From positions 30,787-94,786 of the forward strand of contig JAQGDQ010000797.1 of assembly GCA_030141605.1 (NCBI GenBank): 64,000 bases of DNA, written 5' to 3'. A model generated the notes under the pieces. It was given only the letters and a program-made list of their open reading frames with translations, was not told the origin of the DNA and made no database searches. This document shows positions 11,474 through 23,692 of the stretch, piece by piece; position 1 is the first letter of the stretch, and each line of letters opens with the position of its first letter. The translations under genes and the position numbers were made by a program. This DNA is from Tubiluchus corallicola (Eukaryota; Animalia; Priapulida).

Positions 11474-12963
11474 GCGACTTTTCCACAGATTATTCCGTTA
11501 ATCAGAATCGTCCACATTAAAAAAATTTCTCCTGCTCATGGCATAAACATGCAAGAAGGCCTACTATATAAAAGACTGCGATATTAGGGGTGAAGAGTTG
11601 CAAAATACAACTCTGGAATATGCGAACGTTGTAAAAATAATCTGAAGCATGAATTTGTCATGACTCAAAAATTTGCATCCAAACTTCCAAGTTTATATTC
11701 GTTTTTCTCAGGTGTCATTTTCTAACTCTTTAAGAAAATAGCAGCATACGGCATAAACGCAGCTGTAAATTTCTTGGGATTTATGGACAGAAATCAGCTT
11801 TTCTCTCGAACTAGGTATGACCAAAGCCCAAAGTTTAGACTAGGATTTAGAAAAGTGACAGTACCATCGAAAAAACCTTTACAATAGACCTACAGCATAA
11901 TTAATAACGAAACTAACAGTGACAATTTCAACACTTTGTCCTGACATGATTCTAATTCAATACATTTAGGTGCCAGTAGATAAAGATCAGGAATACTGGA
12001 GCAGTAGGGCATTAAACCAATAACTTTATCATTATATCTACTACTGCTTAAGGCACTATTTTTGTTCTCAAGCGATACCAGAGCTAGTACTGCAGAGCCA
12101 GGTAAAAATTTTATTGTCAAGCCGTCCTATTTAATTACATATTCTGAGCATGATATTGAAACTTTCACTTGACCTACATACTGCTCATCGCTATCTCTTA
12201 CAGACGAGATGGAATCATTGGAATGCCAAAAAATTTAACGTGGTATAAATATTTTATAAGTCTGTACCAGGATGTGATATTCATTATCTGTGATATTCCC
12301 AAACAAACAACAGTTATTTGTGTTGAGTTGTGATGAGAGTGTTTTGCGTGTTTTAGATAAAATTTCATTGTTAACCTTGTTAAAGTTTTATTGCGTTATA
12401 TATAAATGTACACTTTCTGTTTATTCTATTATAGCGTTGCTAGTTTTGATTACTTTATGTTGTTATTGTTGATGATTGTTAAGTTGTTTGTTTAGCTTTA
12501 CTGTTCAATTGTTGAGTGAATAAAAAACGAAAAACTATATAAAGCTGCATCCGTCTAAGCATTAATAGCTTTAATGCGTAAGTCTGACCGCGTTATGCGT
12601 AATCACCTGTGGAGTAGCTGCATAATAAATATCAATACGGGTGCCTTGAAAACAATATAAACTGATTTTATCTATTCCGCATAACGCATACGCATTCCGG
12701 ATGTCTGGTAAACGCCACTTAAGACAGTGCCGGCACACACAAATCACGCACAAAAACAAATTTTTGCGACGTACATTTTGTGTTACGAAAAATATTTATT
12801 ACTAAGCAAGGAAAGATCAACAGACACCAGAACAACATCAGTCAGTGTCTGTAATTACAGAAATGGGAGGGTTTTTTGCCATCTGTGTCAAATTTCTTGA
12901 TTTCTCAATAAGGTATCAGAATTCGTCTGTATCTCATTGGTGCGAAAGGTATAGCGTAGATAT

Positions 12964-13090
12964 CACACACACACGCACACACACACACACGCACGCACGC
13001 GCACGCACACACACACACACACACACACACATACATACATATATATATACATATATACATATATATATATATACGTGTGTATAGTATATA
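12964..13090. repeat. (CA)n/(TA)n compound microsatellite
   Basis: Direct inspection. Confidence 0.95.
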
Positions 13091-13754
13091 TAATAATAAA
13101 ACTGTTTATGTATATGTCATATGTTATGTATCTGCATATGTTATATAAGAACCGACCGTACATATTAAAAATACACATTCACAATATGTTATATAGCAAG
13201 TTAAAAACGTTAAAGGAAGACAGGATAATTTTTGATCATTTTCAAATTAGATAAAAAGTATACATTTTAACACAATTAATACTGCAAAAGCGTTGCTGAT
13301 AATTAAATTATCGATTAAAAACTTAATTAACGGCGGGCGGGACCAACTATTCATGACATCACAAACTAACATAATTTTCAACAGTAAAAATATTCCAGGA
13401 GCGTGTTGCACTTGTTTGTGAAAGAGAAAATTGAAGTACAGTGCTACTGTAAGGTATTCAGTGTGCTGATATAATGTACGATATTTAGTGTCTAAGCAAG
13501 TTTTAAGATAAAAATTCAAATTTCAAATTTACATGTGCTCACGCATGAGCTGTCGAACGTGTGTAGTTCGTCACAAACTTGAACTGAGAGGTGTAGCACT
13601 TGTTTTCGCGCAATGCGTTTTCGAAATGCAGGCGCAGGTGCCCGGCTAACTAGCGAAGTGCATGTAACAGCGAAGAACTAGTGCATTGCAACAGTTATTA
13701 TATCACTAATACAACTACTAATTATTGTTTCGGTTACAGGCACTTGAAACATTT

Positions 13755-14165
13755 ATAGTTAGAACACCACAATAGAACTTTTTAATTTACACTGTTAAAA
13801 AATCATATCAACGTTTCGAGAGAGCTACTGCTGTCATCATCGGCGGTAAATTTTTACAAACATACAACCAGTTTGTATAGGCAGGATCTACAGTATAGAA
13901 CATTATGCACTAATTATGTATTTAACAGAAGTCGAATTCATTACCAGATCATATAACAGATGCTTATTCATTACCTATTTGGCTTCTGTTAAATACATAA
14001 TTAGTGCATGTTGTTCTATACTGTAGGCTTTGCCTATATAAACTAGTTATATGTTTTGATGAAATAAACCACTGATGATGACAGCAGTAGGTCTGTCGAA
14101 ATGTTTAACATGATTTTTTAACTATGTAAGTAAAATTTTTAATAAAGCTGAGGTGCTTTAAGTAT
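13755..14165. mobile_element. Inverted repeat (about 190-bp arms) with a hammerhead-like motif in each arm, Penelope-like remnant
   Basis: Plus 14072-14106 CTGATGA-t-gacag..ctgtc-GAAAtgttt; minus 13809-13843 CCGATGA..GAAACGTTG; arms complementary, e.g. tgcactaattatgtatttaacagaag / cttctgttaaatacataattagtgca. Confidence 0.6.
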
Positions 14166-14217
14166 ATGTACCAATTATTGCATTTTTAAACAAAGCTTTG
14201 CATCTCTCAGTAAACTG

Positions 14218-14221
<4 letters not shown>

Positions 14222-14272
<51 letters not shown>

Positions 14273-14400
14273 CGCGCGCGCGCGTGCGCGTGTGCGTGTG
14301 TGATTGTGCGTGCGTGCCGTGCGCGCGTGCAGGTGTTGTGTGTGTGTGTGTGTGCGTGCGTGCGTGCGTGTGTGTGTGTGTGTGTATGCGTGTATGCGTG
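14222..14400. repeat. (GT)n/(GC)n/(GCGT)n compound microsatellite
   Basis: Direct inspection. Confidence 0.95.
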
Positions 14401-15619
14401 CTTTGTAATACGGACTAGCGCTTCAGTATTAAATTTATTGATCCAGTTATTATAACGTTAACATTAATTCAGTGATTTTGATCAATTTATAATTTGATAC
14501 GATACCAAACAAACTAAACAAACAGTAAAGATTTGGTGTAATGTTGTCGAAAACATCTTTCCGATTGGACAATTATTGTATATTATTCTACTTAAAGCTA
14601 GTTAAGAAGTAGTCCATGTACAGTGAGAACGTAAACTTTTGTAGTTTAATTACAATAAATAACTTTAAAGCCAAGTGAGTCACTACTGTCGTCGCCTCAT
14701 TGACTACTTAATCATCTAAATGCTTATGGTAGTACTATAAGAATGATAAGAGTGTGGACAGGAAGCAGATCCCTGGGAAAGACTTGTCTGGCGCGTGAAA
14801 TAGTTGGAACAGGTTTTTTCCCATGTTATAACAACTTCAAACATGTTTATAACTAATTTGTAGCCAATACATTTCGAGAGTACTTATATGGTACGAAACT
14901 GTGCACACATAAATAGAGAAATAAATATGATATCTAACACATTTATTATTGTATTTCAACATGTTGCCTAACATTGTACAATTGTTGTAAATAAATAATT
15001 GCATCAAGATGTTTTAATCATTGTTCTTTGCTTTTATTTATCTCAAGCTAGGAACTACAGATCGACAAAATACTAATAGCATGCTTTTCGTGAACCCCTT
15101 TTAGATAGAAAATCTTCAGTCCGATAGCTTAAAACTCCCACACTTTTACGTGACGTGGTGCCGAAATGCACTGTGTCGACTTTTCAAGTTCGCGACAAAT
15201 GTGCAGAACATACAAGGTAAAAACTAAATAACATTTTCACAAGAGCAAAATATGAGACACACAAATTGGACGCCCAGAACAAGAAAAATGCGTCGTAGTT
15301 AAACTTTATAGTATTAAACCTTTAACTGGTCCACCCAAAAGTTCTCAGTAAATAACTTAGCTATAGACATTCTCCCGGGGAACAACACACTTGTTATGTA
15401 GAAATTTGACTATAAAATCACATCTACATTAACGCACTTTCAGTACAAACGTTACTCAAATAGAAATACCGATTAATTAAATACAAATAGGCCCACCTTT
15501 TATCCGCAGGGTGAATGATGAATATCATAATGAATTCTATGAAGTTTACAGTTATATAATTATAATGTAATATTTCGTTGTTTCTTAAATACTACGCCTT
15601 TAATGAACTTATTATTTAA

Positions 15620-16580
15620 ACAGATGCAGATCACATTGATACCACCTTGAATACAACCTACTAGAAAAACTGATACAGATCACACTAATATCATGTTGAG
15701 TACAACCTACAAAAAATTATCACATTGCAGATCACATTGATACCACGTTGAATACAATCTACTAGTAAAACTGACGCCGCTTACATTGATTCCACATTGA
15801 ATACGATCTACTAGTAAAGCTGATGCAGATCACATTGATACTATGTTGAATACAATCTACTAATAAAACTGATGCAGATCACATTGATACCATGTTGAAT
15901 ACAATCTACAAATAAAACTGTTGCAGATCACATTGATACCATGTTGAATACAATCTACAAATAAAACTGTTGCAGATCACATTGATACCATGTTGAATAC
16001 AATTTACAAATAAAACTGTTGCAGATCACATTGATACCATGTTGAATACAATCTACAAATAAAACTGTTGCAGATCACATTGATATCATGTTGAATACAA
16101 TCTACAAATAAAACTGTTGCAGATCACATTGATACCATGTTGAATACAATCTACAAATAAAACTGTTGCAGATCACATTGATATCATGTTGAATACAATC
16201 TACAAATAAAACTGTTGCAGATCACATTGATACCATGTTGAATACAATCTACAAATAAAACTGTTGCAGATCACATTGATATCATGTTGAATACAATCTA
16301 CAAATAAAACTGTTGCAGATCACATTGATACCATGTTGAATACAATCTACAAATAAAACTGTTGCAGATCACATTGATATCATGTTGAATACAATCTACA
16401 AATAAAACTGTTGCAGATCACATTGATACCATGTTGAATACAATCTACAAATAAAACTGTTGCAGATCACATTGATATCATGTTGAATACAATCTACAAA
16501 TAAAACTGTTGCAGATCACATTGATACCATGTTGAATATAGCCTTCTAGAAAAACTGATGCCGATCACTTTCATAGCACG
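15620..16580 (+). repeat. 49-bp minisatellite, about 19 copies
   Basis: Unit gcagatcacattgata(c/t)catgttgaatacaatctacaaataaaactgtt; homogeneous core, diverged edge copies. Confidence 0.97.
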
Positions 16581-16928
16581 ATTTTTACCCGGAAAAGCTA
16601 CTAGCAGCTCTGATTGACTGTTTTTTTGGTTTATGAAAGAATAACTATCCAGTCTAAGTACAAAAGAAGTGCATGAAGTGGTTGCTCAAAGGTGTTGAGT
16701 CACCTCCAAACAGTCAATGTAGGGTGAGGTAGGGAGTCACCTGCAAACAGTTACTAATTTGAGTGAGGAGGGAGCGGCTTGCAGGTGATGACATTTGTAT
16801 TTTCATCAGATCAGTCTCAGGAATTATTGTGTTAACCTAAACGACAAAATAGTGTGAAATAAATTGATTCTCGCAATCACAAAGTTTGCCAGGCAAAGAA
16901 GGCGCTCTACTTGATAAAAGAGATACAT

Positions 16929-17933
16929 TCACTGCGACTGCAAGGTGGTGCTAATTTGATTTGCACGAATACAAGTTTTGCAGGGGAAAAGCTTCAAGAA
17001 TGCGATTCTAAACTGCAGATCGTTAAACGAATAAATTATGAAATTAAAGAAGGAGTTCCAAACCAGGACTGCCCCGCACTTTGAGAAAATACTGCTTTTG
17101 TACCCTAAGCCGCAGTGTTCAGGGCAAAAGTTATAGACCTGGATAAGTATGAACAAGGGCAAGTACAGCAAGAAATACAACCCGATGATTGATCCAAAGG
17201 CTTTAGCGAGTTTAAGGTGGCGTTTGAATTGACTTTGTCCAAATGATGCCGCAGCTTCTTCCACTCTTGCTATAGCTCGTAGGTGCTTGCGAGCAATGAT
17301 GATTATTCTGACGTAACAAAGTAACATGCCGCATCCGCAAACCATATTCAACAGAGAAGTAAGTGAGGATATAATATAGGCCCATGATAGCATAGTTATG
17401 GTACACTGTCCCTCAAAATCAATCAGTCCATGCGCTAAAGCAATTGGAAGGTCAATAATAAATGGTCCAACCCAAATGACCCCAAAAACAATAACTGTCT
17501 GCAAACGTGTAAGATTAGGCGAAGTGAGGGGATACAAGAGATGAATCAATCGATCAATACTTATTGCCAGTAGAGTTAAGACATTGGCTTTACCAGCACA
17601 GGACATACAAAAGACGATGGCATTGCACATTAAATTATCAAATCTCGAGAATCTTTGAATGAATAAGAAGACAGAACCAACAGCCATAGATCCATCAGCA
17701 ATGGCCAAATTGCAAAGGAGAAAATACGAGAGTTCATACAGTGTTGGAGACGCAACAACTGTGACCACAGTTATAATACTCTCTGTTAAAATAAATAATG
17801 TAATAAAAAATTGAAATGCTGTAGCAATTAACAATCCACTAAAGTTTTCCCCAAGTTCTATATGTGTTGTAGAGTTTTCAGCTGCGGAGAAGTTATCAGT
17901 AGAAACGAGGCTATTGAAAACATCGGAAATCAT
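16929..17933 (-). CDS. Class A (rhodopsin-like) 7TM GPCR, orphan, intronless CDS, 334 aa
   Basis: Seven hydrophobic segments; N-terminal N-glycosylation sites (NFS, NST); TM2 LAIAD; TM3 Cys and SIDRL (DRY variant); TM6 YLP; TM7 NFIIY (NPxxY variant); helix-8 FRIAFLKL then Cys. Confidence 0.93.
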   Translation of the reverse strand: MISDVFNSLVSTDNFSAAENSTTHIELGENFSGLLIATAFQFFITLFILTESIITVVTVVASPTLYELSYFLLCNLAIADGSMAVGSVFLFIQRFSRFDNLMCNAIVFCMSCAGKANVLTLLAISIDRLIHLLYPLTSPNLTRLQTVIVFGVIWVGPFIIDLPIALAHGLIDFEGQCTITMLSWAYIISSLTSLLNMVCGCGMLLCYVRIIIIARKHLRAIARVEEAAASFGQSQFKRHLKLAKAFGSIIGLYFLLYLPLFILIQVYNFCPEHCGLGYKSSIFSKCGAVLVWNSFFNFIIYSFNDLQFRIAFLKLFPCKTCIRANQISTTLQSQ

Positions 17934-18796
17934 GTTGTTTGACGTGAGTGTGTAGAAAATTCAGTACTTTTCACATCCCTCGCTTGTATAACTTTCTGTA
18001 ACTCACAAAACTTTCTATAAGCGCGACTTGATCACGGCCTACTTCTAGTTTTTTCACACGTTGATACAAACAAAATCTACTGCTGGTGCAAGTTGTCTCA
18101 TCCAGTTTGAGAGTCAAAATCTGGTCATATCACCGAAGTATCGGCGTATATTTTCAACAAACTCTGAAAGTAATTTCTTGAAACACATCTGCGTCTTGTA
18201 CAGTACATTCACTGCCATACGATATGGTCCTGAATAAAATGCCAAATACCATTTACTATTAAATATGCAACAATTGTCGTTTTATCTGTAATAATAAATT
18301 ACAGCAATCAGTTTTTAGCGAAAAACATAAGTTTGATACAGGTAAATTACTATATTAGGTTACGTGATTTTCGTCTATAATTACACAAAAATAACAGCGA
18401 AATAGCCCTAATTGTATAAAGCAGTTCAATAAAGATAATTAGACACTTACATGTGGTCTCCCTGAGTTTTGGCGCTTATAACTTGCAAAAAAACAATAGA
18501 AATCAATTCACAACATTCACATAATATCAACTTGAATTGCATACCAGGCTAACTACCTGGTCACATGACTGATGACAGTTAAAGGGGCAAGACCAAATTT
18601 AACAGGTAGGGAAACGTGTATGTGCATAACAAACGGTGTCCTGAGACAGTCAGTCACAGCGAACACAACACTGCTACTAGCTTACGCGAGACTACGTCTT
18701 CTGTGGTCCAGCACCATGCTAACATTGGGATAAGATCTTCCTTGTGTAAATTGCGAAATGGGCTCTATAGAAACCACGGCATCTTTCAAATGCTTA

Positions 18797-18966
18797 GGGC
18801 GGATTCAGACTAGTGAGTTTTCTTGCCAAGTAACTTTGCTAGCGTGTTCGTTCAAACCTGAGAACAAAACTTGCTGCGAGTTACTCTCCAATAGACACTT
18901 GCTTCTCTATTCGTTGCGAGTCTTGCGAGTTTGCTCGCAAGAAAACTCGCTAGTCTGTATGCGCCA
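18797..18966. mobile_element. PIF/Harbinger-type MITE
   Basis: TIRs gggcggattcagactagtgagttttcttg / caagaaaactcgctagtctgtatgcgcca; TTA on both sides. Confidence 0.7.
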
Positions 18967-20070
18967 TTACGAAGTAAACTGCATATCAAGCAATAAGCTT
19001 TTTCACAGTTCCAGCGATTGATGACGATTGTGAAAGGTCAAAGGTTAAGTGTACCAGACACCGCATTTGTGTACCCTTGATAACGCCTCACAGCCCATGC
19101 TATTGTAAAAGTAATTAAGAAAAGGCACGAATGCTAGCCGTAGAACCTTACCTAGTTCACTTTTCTTGTTCCCAGGCAAGATTCTCATCTAATGCGCACA
19201 GACTAAGGCATAATTAAGAAAAATCCTGAAAGACAACTGAAGTTACTGAACTGATGCGGCAAACGGGTTTGCTTTACCCACATGTCACGCGATGGTAGCA
19301 GCTAAAACGCGTTGCTGTGGTACACTTAACCTTTGACCTACAGAAACTGTGTGTGCGCACAACGAAACTAAGAAAAGGCTTATTTCGAGCCTATAATGGG
19401 CTGATATCAGACAATGAGTTTAAAGCCTTGTAATAATAAGAGAGAGAAAAATCAGTTATTTTTAGTAAAAGCTTGAAGCTCATTTCCGACATTATACCCA
19501 TTTTACCATATACACTCCGCCACAGTACTACACGTTCAACACCATAAGTTGCTCTAACCTCACTAAGCTATGTAATTTCATACATCGCATTGCAATCTAG
19601 CTGTCTTTTGCTAACGATGGCTTTATATAGATCGTTAAGCTTATTTTTTCTGTTATAACATCTAAACCATTGTTTCAGTTTTGAAAAGTAGAAAGTATTA
19701 AAGGAACATTATGCTACCTTTGTTGGTGAAAGTTTGTGTTGACTTAATAGCTTTGCGCGGGCGTATCATATAGACGTTTTACTACAAATGTACTGGATAT
19801 TTAATCTCGATAAAGCAATTAGTATTTCATTCTTGAAGATTATTCATATTTTACTCTGTTCCATGTATTCATGGGGCTTTTACGAAAATGTTCTAATGTT
19901 CCCTTTATTGCTGGTGCTAATCGGATGTTTACATTTACACATGTGACTGGCTTTTACCCACGGATGTATTGATAATGAAGTTTTGGTAGCAGTCATATAA
20001 TTATGATGCGCTTGGCAAATTTGTAAAGGATCATTTCAGATTAGAGTAATGTTATAGAGCATAAAGTCTA

Positions 20071-20735
20071 AACCTACGACTCCATGTGTGCGTAATGCGT
20101 GATGCGTGATGCGTATTGACTGTTTCTATGTGTCTGTAAACGCTATACGTATTAACAAAACCCAAGGCGCTCTTTCCGTCATTTTTGGTCGCTATACGTG
20201 AAAATTGCGAGTAATAACTTTTGGAAACCATGTCTCTGTCGAAATTTAAGCATGGTAATTACAGTTGCAGCATTAACTTATTGTTGTTCTATTAGATGGA
20301 AAATTTCACAGGTTTTGGGTGCACAACATGTTGCAGGGCAGAGAACAACACGGCACGTATCGCCCATTAGTGATACCGCAGTACTGTGTACATGCTTCGT
20401 TCATCTCTTCAAAATTCAAAAAGAAAAAACATTATTGTTTACAGATCCTAAGTGACCAAAACTCACCTAACTAGACTTTTCAGAAAATGGTCACCGGAAA
20501 CTTGAAAACTCGCTATAATCACCTAGGCAACGGCGGTTTTCCGTCTGCGTATTGCTGCGTGATGCGTATACGACTACGATCACGTTCGAATGAATGCGGA
20601 GAACGCATCACGCAGTACGGATCACGCATTACGTACTCATGGAAACACTTATACATGTTTAAATGCCAACTGTTGTAGACGCATTACGGATCACGGATCA
20701 CGCATAACGCATTACGTACACATGGAGTCGTACCT
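20071..20735. mobile_element. MITE with about 25-bp TIRs and 7-bp subterminal repeats (PIF/Harbinger-like)
   Basis: tacgactccatgtgtgcgtaatgcg / cgcattacgtacacatggagtcgta; gatgcgt / acgcatc repeats inside both ends. Confidence 0.65.
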
Positions 20736-22795
20736 TATAGGTCCTTATGACTTTAATTTTTCGATCTGCCGACTAATATATTTTCCTCCTAAATTAGAGA
20801 ACCCAACATATGTCTAATGTTGTCTATCTTTGTCTCTAGTAAATGTTTCTTTCACAGTTTGTTTGTTGGTAATGCAATGTATGTATTGGTGGTCAATAAG
20901 CAAATATATACGTATCAAGAGGTAGAGCCATCAGTGGACCAAGATAAACTGAGTTACTGTCAAAGGAATGATTTCCTTTGAATTTCATATGAGAAGTTGC
21001 TGCCACTAAAAAGCCGGCGAGGGACGATGCATCGTATAATTTTTTGAGAATGCAAGTTTTGCAACAGAATTGCACTAGCCATTCAACACTCCTTAATAGA
21101 TAAACCGTCTTCTCCCCGCCTCCTTAAAGAGGGGCTTCATCAGGGACTAGCCAAAAAGTTTGAGAAGTACCAACTCTACATTACATACATTGCATTAAAA
21201 CTGGGGCCTCAAACTCTCAAATATAAGCGCTCTAAACTAACTCACAGCCTTTCATCCTGGTAGATGCATTATCAAAAGAGACCCATGACCCAAAAGTAAC
21301 CCGAGTTTTCCTTTTTCAGCAATAAATTTCCAATTAAGTACTACTAAAACGTTTTTTGTGTGTTTGGTGGTTTCCTAGGACGGGGGGAGCGAAATACCTC
21401 TAAAAATAGGCATTGTTTGCTCATCCTCTGATTACCATGTAGAAAAGGCGTCTTCGTGGCGTCCTACGGACTGCGAGTCTTCAAAGAAAATCTATAGCTC
21501 CTGGAAAAGAAAAAACCGGACTACACGATAATTGCAAATGCCTGTACTAGGATGAACGTCATTACAAGTTAATTTGGGGAAAAGTTTTTTCTGTTCATTG
21601 TATTGAACAGCTGAATCTAATTTTTACTTGGCTCTAGCAAATTCAGCTTTAATAGCTTTGTTATCCTGTTGAAGATACTATTATCTTGCTTAATTGGTCG
21701 CATGTTTTAGGACCCTGACGGCCTATCAAAATTTAGGGCCCAAAGCTATAGCTTTATTAGCCTAATCATTAATCCGCTTCTGTAAAACTGTGCGTAAGTG
21801 AGTGGGTGAATGAGTGAGTGAGTGCGTGCGTGCGTGTGTGTGCATGTATGTGTGGGTATGGGTATGTGGGTGCGCGTGTGTGTGCGTGCATGCAAGTATC
21901 CCACAAAAGTTTCGCAAGTTTTTCTTTACATATTCGTCATTCTCAATTCAATTCAATACATTTATTTGTCTCATTGACCACATTACATTACAGTACATGC
22001 AATTATAATACAATATCTACGCAGAGACGGGGCGGCGAAAAACCAAACGCCCAAACCATTCTGGGTCCTCTTGTGGCTAAATATGAACTTTTAGTTTTTT
22101 ATCACATTCAGGTTAGAGGATTCGCGGATTCAGTGTGTATGCATGTTGTGCCTATTACACAATTTACTACATTTTATTGCTAAATCTAATACGAGAAGAA
22201 GCTAGTTTAAGTCAAGTGAGACCACATTGTCGAGTTCGTGTATTCTGTAACTCTCATATACGGTTGTTTATGCGTATGTACGTGGAACCTATGTATATAT
22301 GAATATGTGTATTTATATATGTATCAGCTTTCGTGATTGTTTCGTGCACTGTGTTGCATTGTTAAGTCGCGTCGCTTTCACAGCTGCTTGCTGTTATTCA
22401 GCTGTTTTCATGATTGTGCCTAACAGTGTTGCCTACCCTGACACATCTGCCATCTGATCGTTTTTGTTTGTAGTTTCATGGACTGTCTTTACAGTGTTAT
22501 ATGTTGTCTAAGTTTGGTCTTTCGGAAAACACTGGTAAAGCCTAGTGTTTGCCTCGAGTGATGTTACACACCTATACTTGTTTGCCCGATGTTGTGAAAT
22601 TTCGCTACATTAACACGCAATAGGTTATATATATTATACTGCAAAACGCGTCACCTTTTTAACCATAACAAGTTTCACAGTTGAATGTGTTCTAGTTTTA
22701 CAAAAACCTGTGATTCCGAATATAAAACTACTTGGTTTATTCAAATTGCTAGAAGTTTTAGAGCCAGAATTGATGATACTTAAAAGCCGACCGAA

Positions 22796-23692
22796 ATGGA
22801 ATCTTGGAATGGAAGTCAAACAGAATCACCCGCAAGAATTGATGGTTTGATAGTCGCAGTCGTTCACCTAACTGCAGTGTTTATAGAGCTGTCTAATCTG
22901 TTAGTTATTGTAGCGCTAGTGAAGTACAAACACATGGAAGAATGCAAAAATTGGCACATATGCAGTTTAGCAATTGCTGACTTCTTGACGGGAACACAAG
23001 CGCACGTTTTTATGTGGCAATTATCGAAGAATGACCAGTTAATGCCTAGACATGAGTGTTTACTGAGGATGTATTTTGTTCTTGCTTTTGCTTTTCAATC
23101 AATGACAATGTTGATTATTGTCACAATAGATAGATTTGTTGCCATAAAATACCCTCTGCGATACGATCAAATATTCAATAAGCGGAAGACTCAACTGATT
23201 ACGGCTGGTTCGTGGATGTGTTCACTTGGTTTAAGTACCTTAATTTACTATAAAGACAGACAGTCGATTCATTGCGCATTTGTGACTGTAGCCAGTTTGG
23301 AATTAAGAGTTTTGGTTTCAATACTCTTCTGCATAAGTGCAGCTGTATTAATTGCTGTAAATACTAGTATCGTGTTTATTGCTCGAAGACACATGCGTCA
23401 AATTGAACCAGACGCTCGGAGATCATACAAGCACAACTTAAAATCCGCCAAGGTGATCAGTCTGGTGGTTGGTACTTTCATCGTATGTGGTCTACCTTTC
23501 ATTGTGCTTAACCTAATTATCATCAGTCAGCCCAGCGGTTTTATTTCAATAAATGCCTCTGCGTTTACCGTTGTTTTGCTGTACATTAATTCGTTTATGA
23601 ACCCAATAATTTACGCCTGGAGAAACCAGGAACTTCGTGTATCTTTCAAGAAACTTCTTCATTGGGAAAAATTAGAAGTCCTGTTCAGGTAA
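22796..23692 (+). CDS. Class A (rhodopsin-like) 7TM GPCR, orphan, intronless CDS, 298 aa
   Basis: NGS glycosylation site; TM1 SN; TM2 SLAIADF; TM3 IDRF followed by YPLRY; TM4 Trp; TM6 CGLP; TM7 MNPIIY; helix-8 ELRVSFKKLL. Confidence 0.95.
   Translation: MESWNGSQTESPARIDGLIVAVVHLTAVFIELSNLLVIVALVKYKHMEECKNWHICSLAIADFLTGTQAHVFMWQLSKNDQLMPRHECLLRMYFVLAFAFQSMTMLIIVTIDRFVAIKYPLRYDQIFNKRKTQLITAGSWMCSLGLSTLIYYKDRQSIHCAFVTVASLELRVLVSILFCISAAVLIAVNTSIVFIARRHMRQIEPDARRSYKHNLKSAKVISLVVGTFIVCGLPFIVLNLIIISQPSGFISINASAFTVVLLYINSFMNPIIYAWRNQELRVSFKKLLHWEKLEVLFR

Noticed and set aside
15620-16580. CRISPR-like array
   Set aside because: Contiguous 49-bp units with no unique spacers, eukaryotic context, no cas genes.
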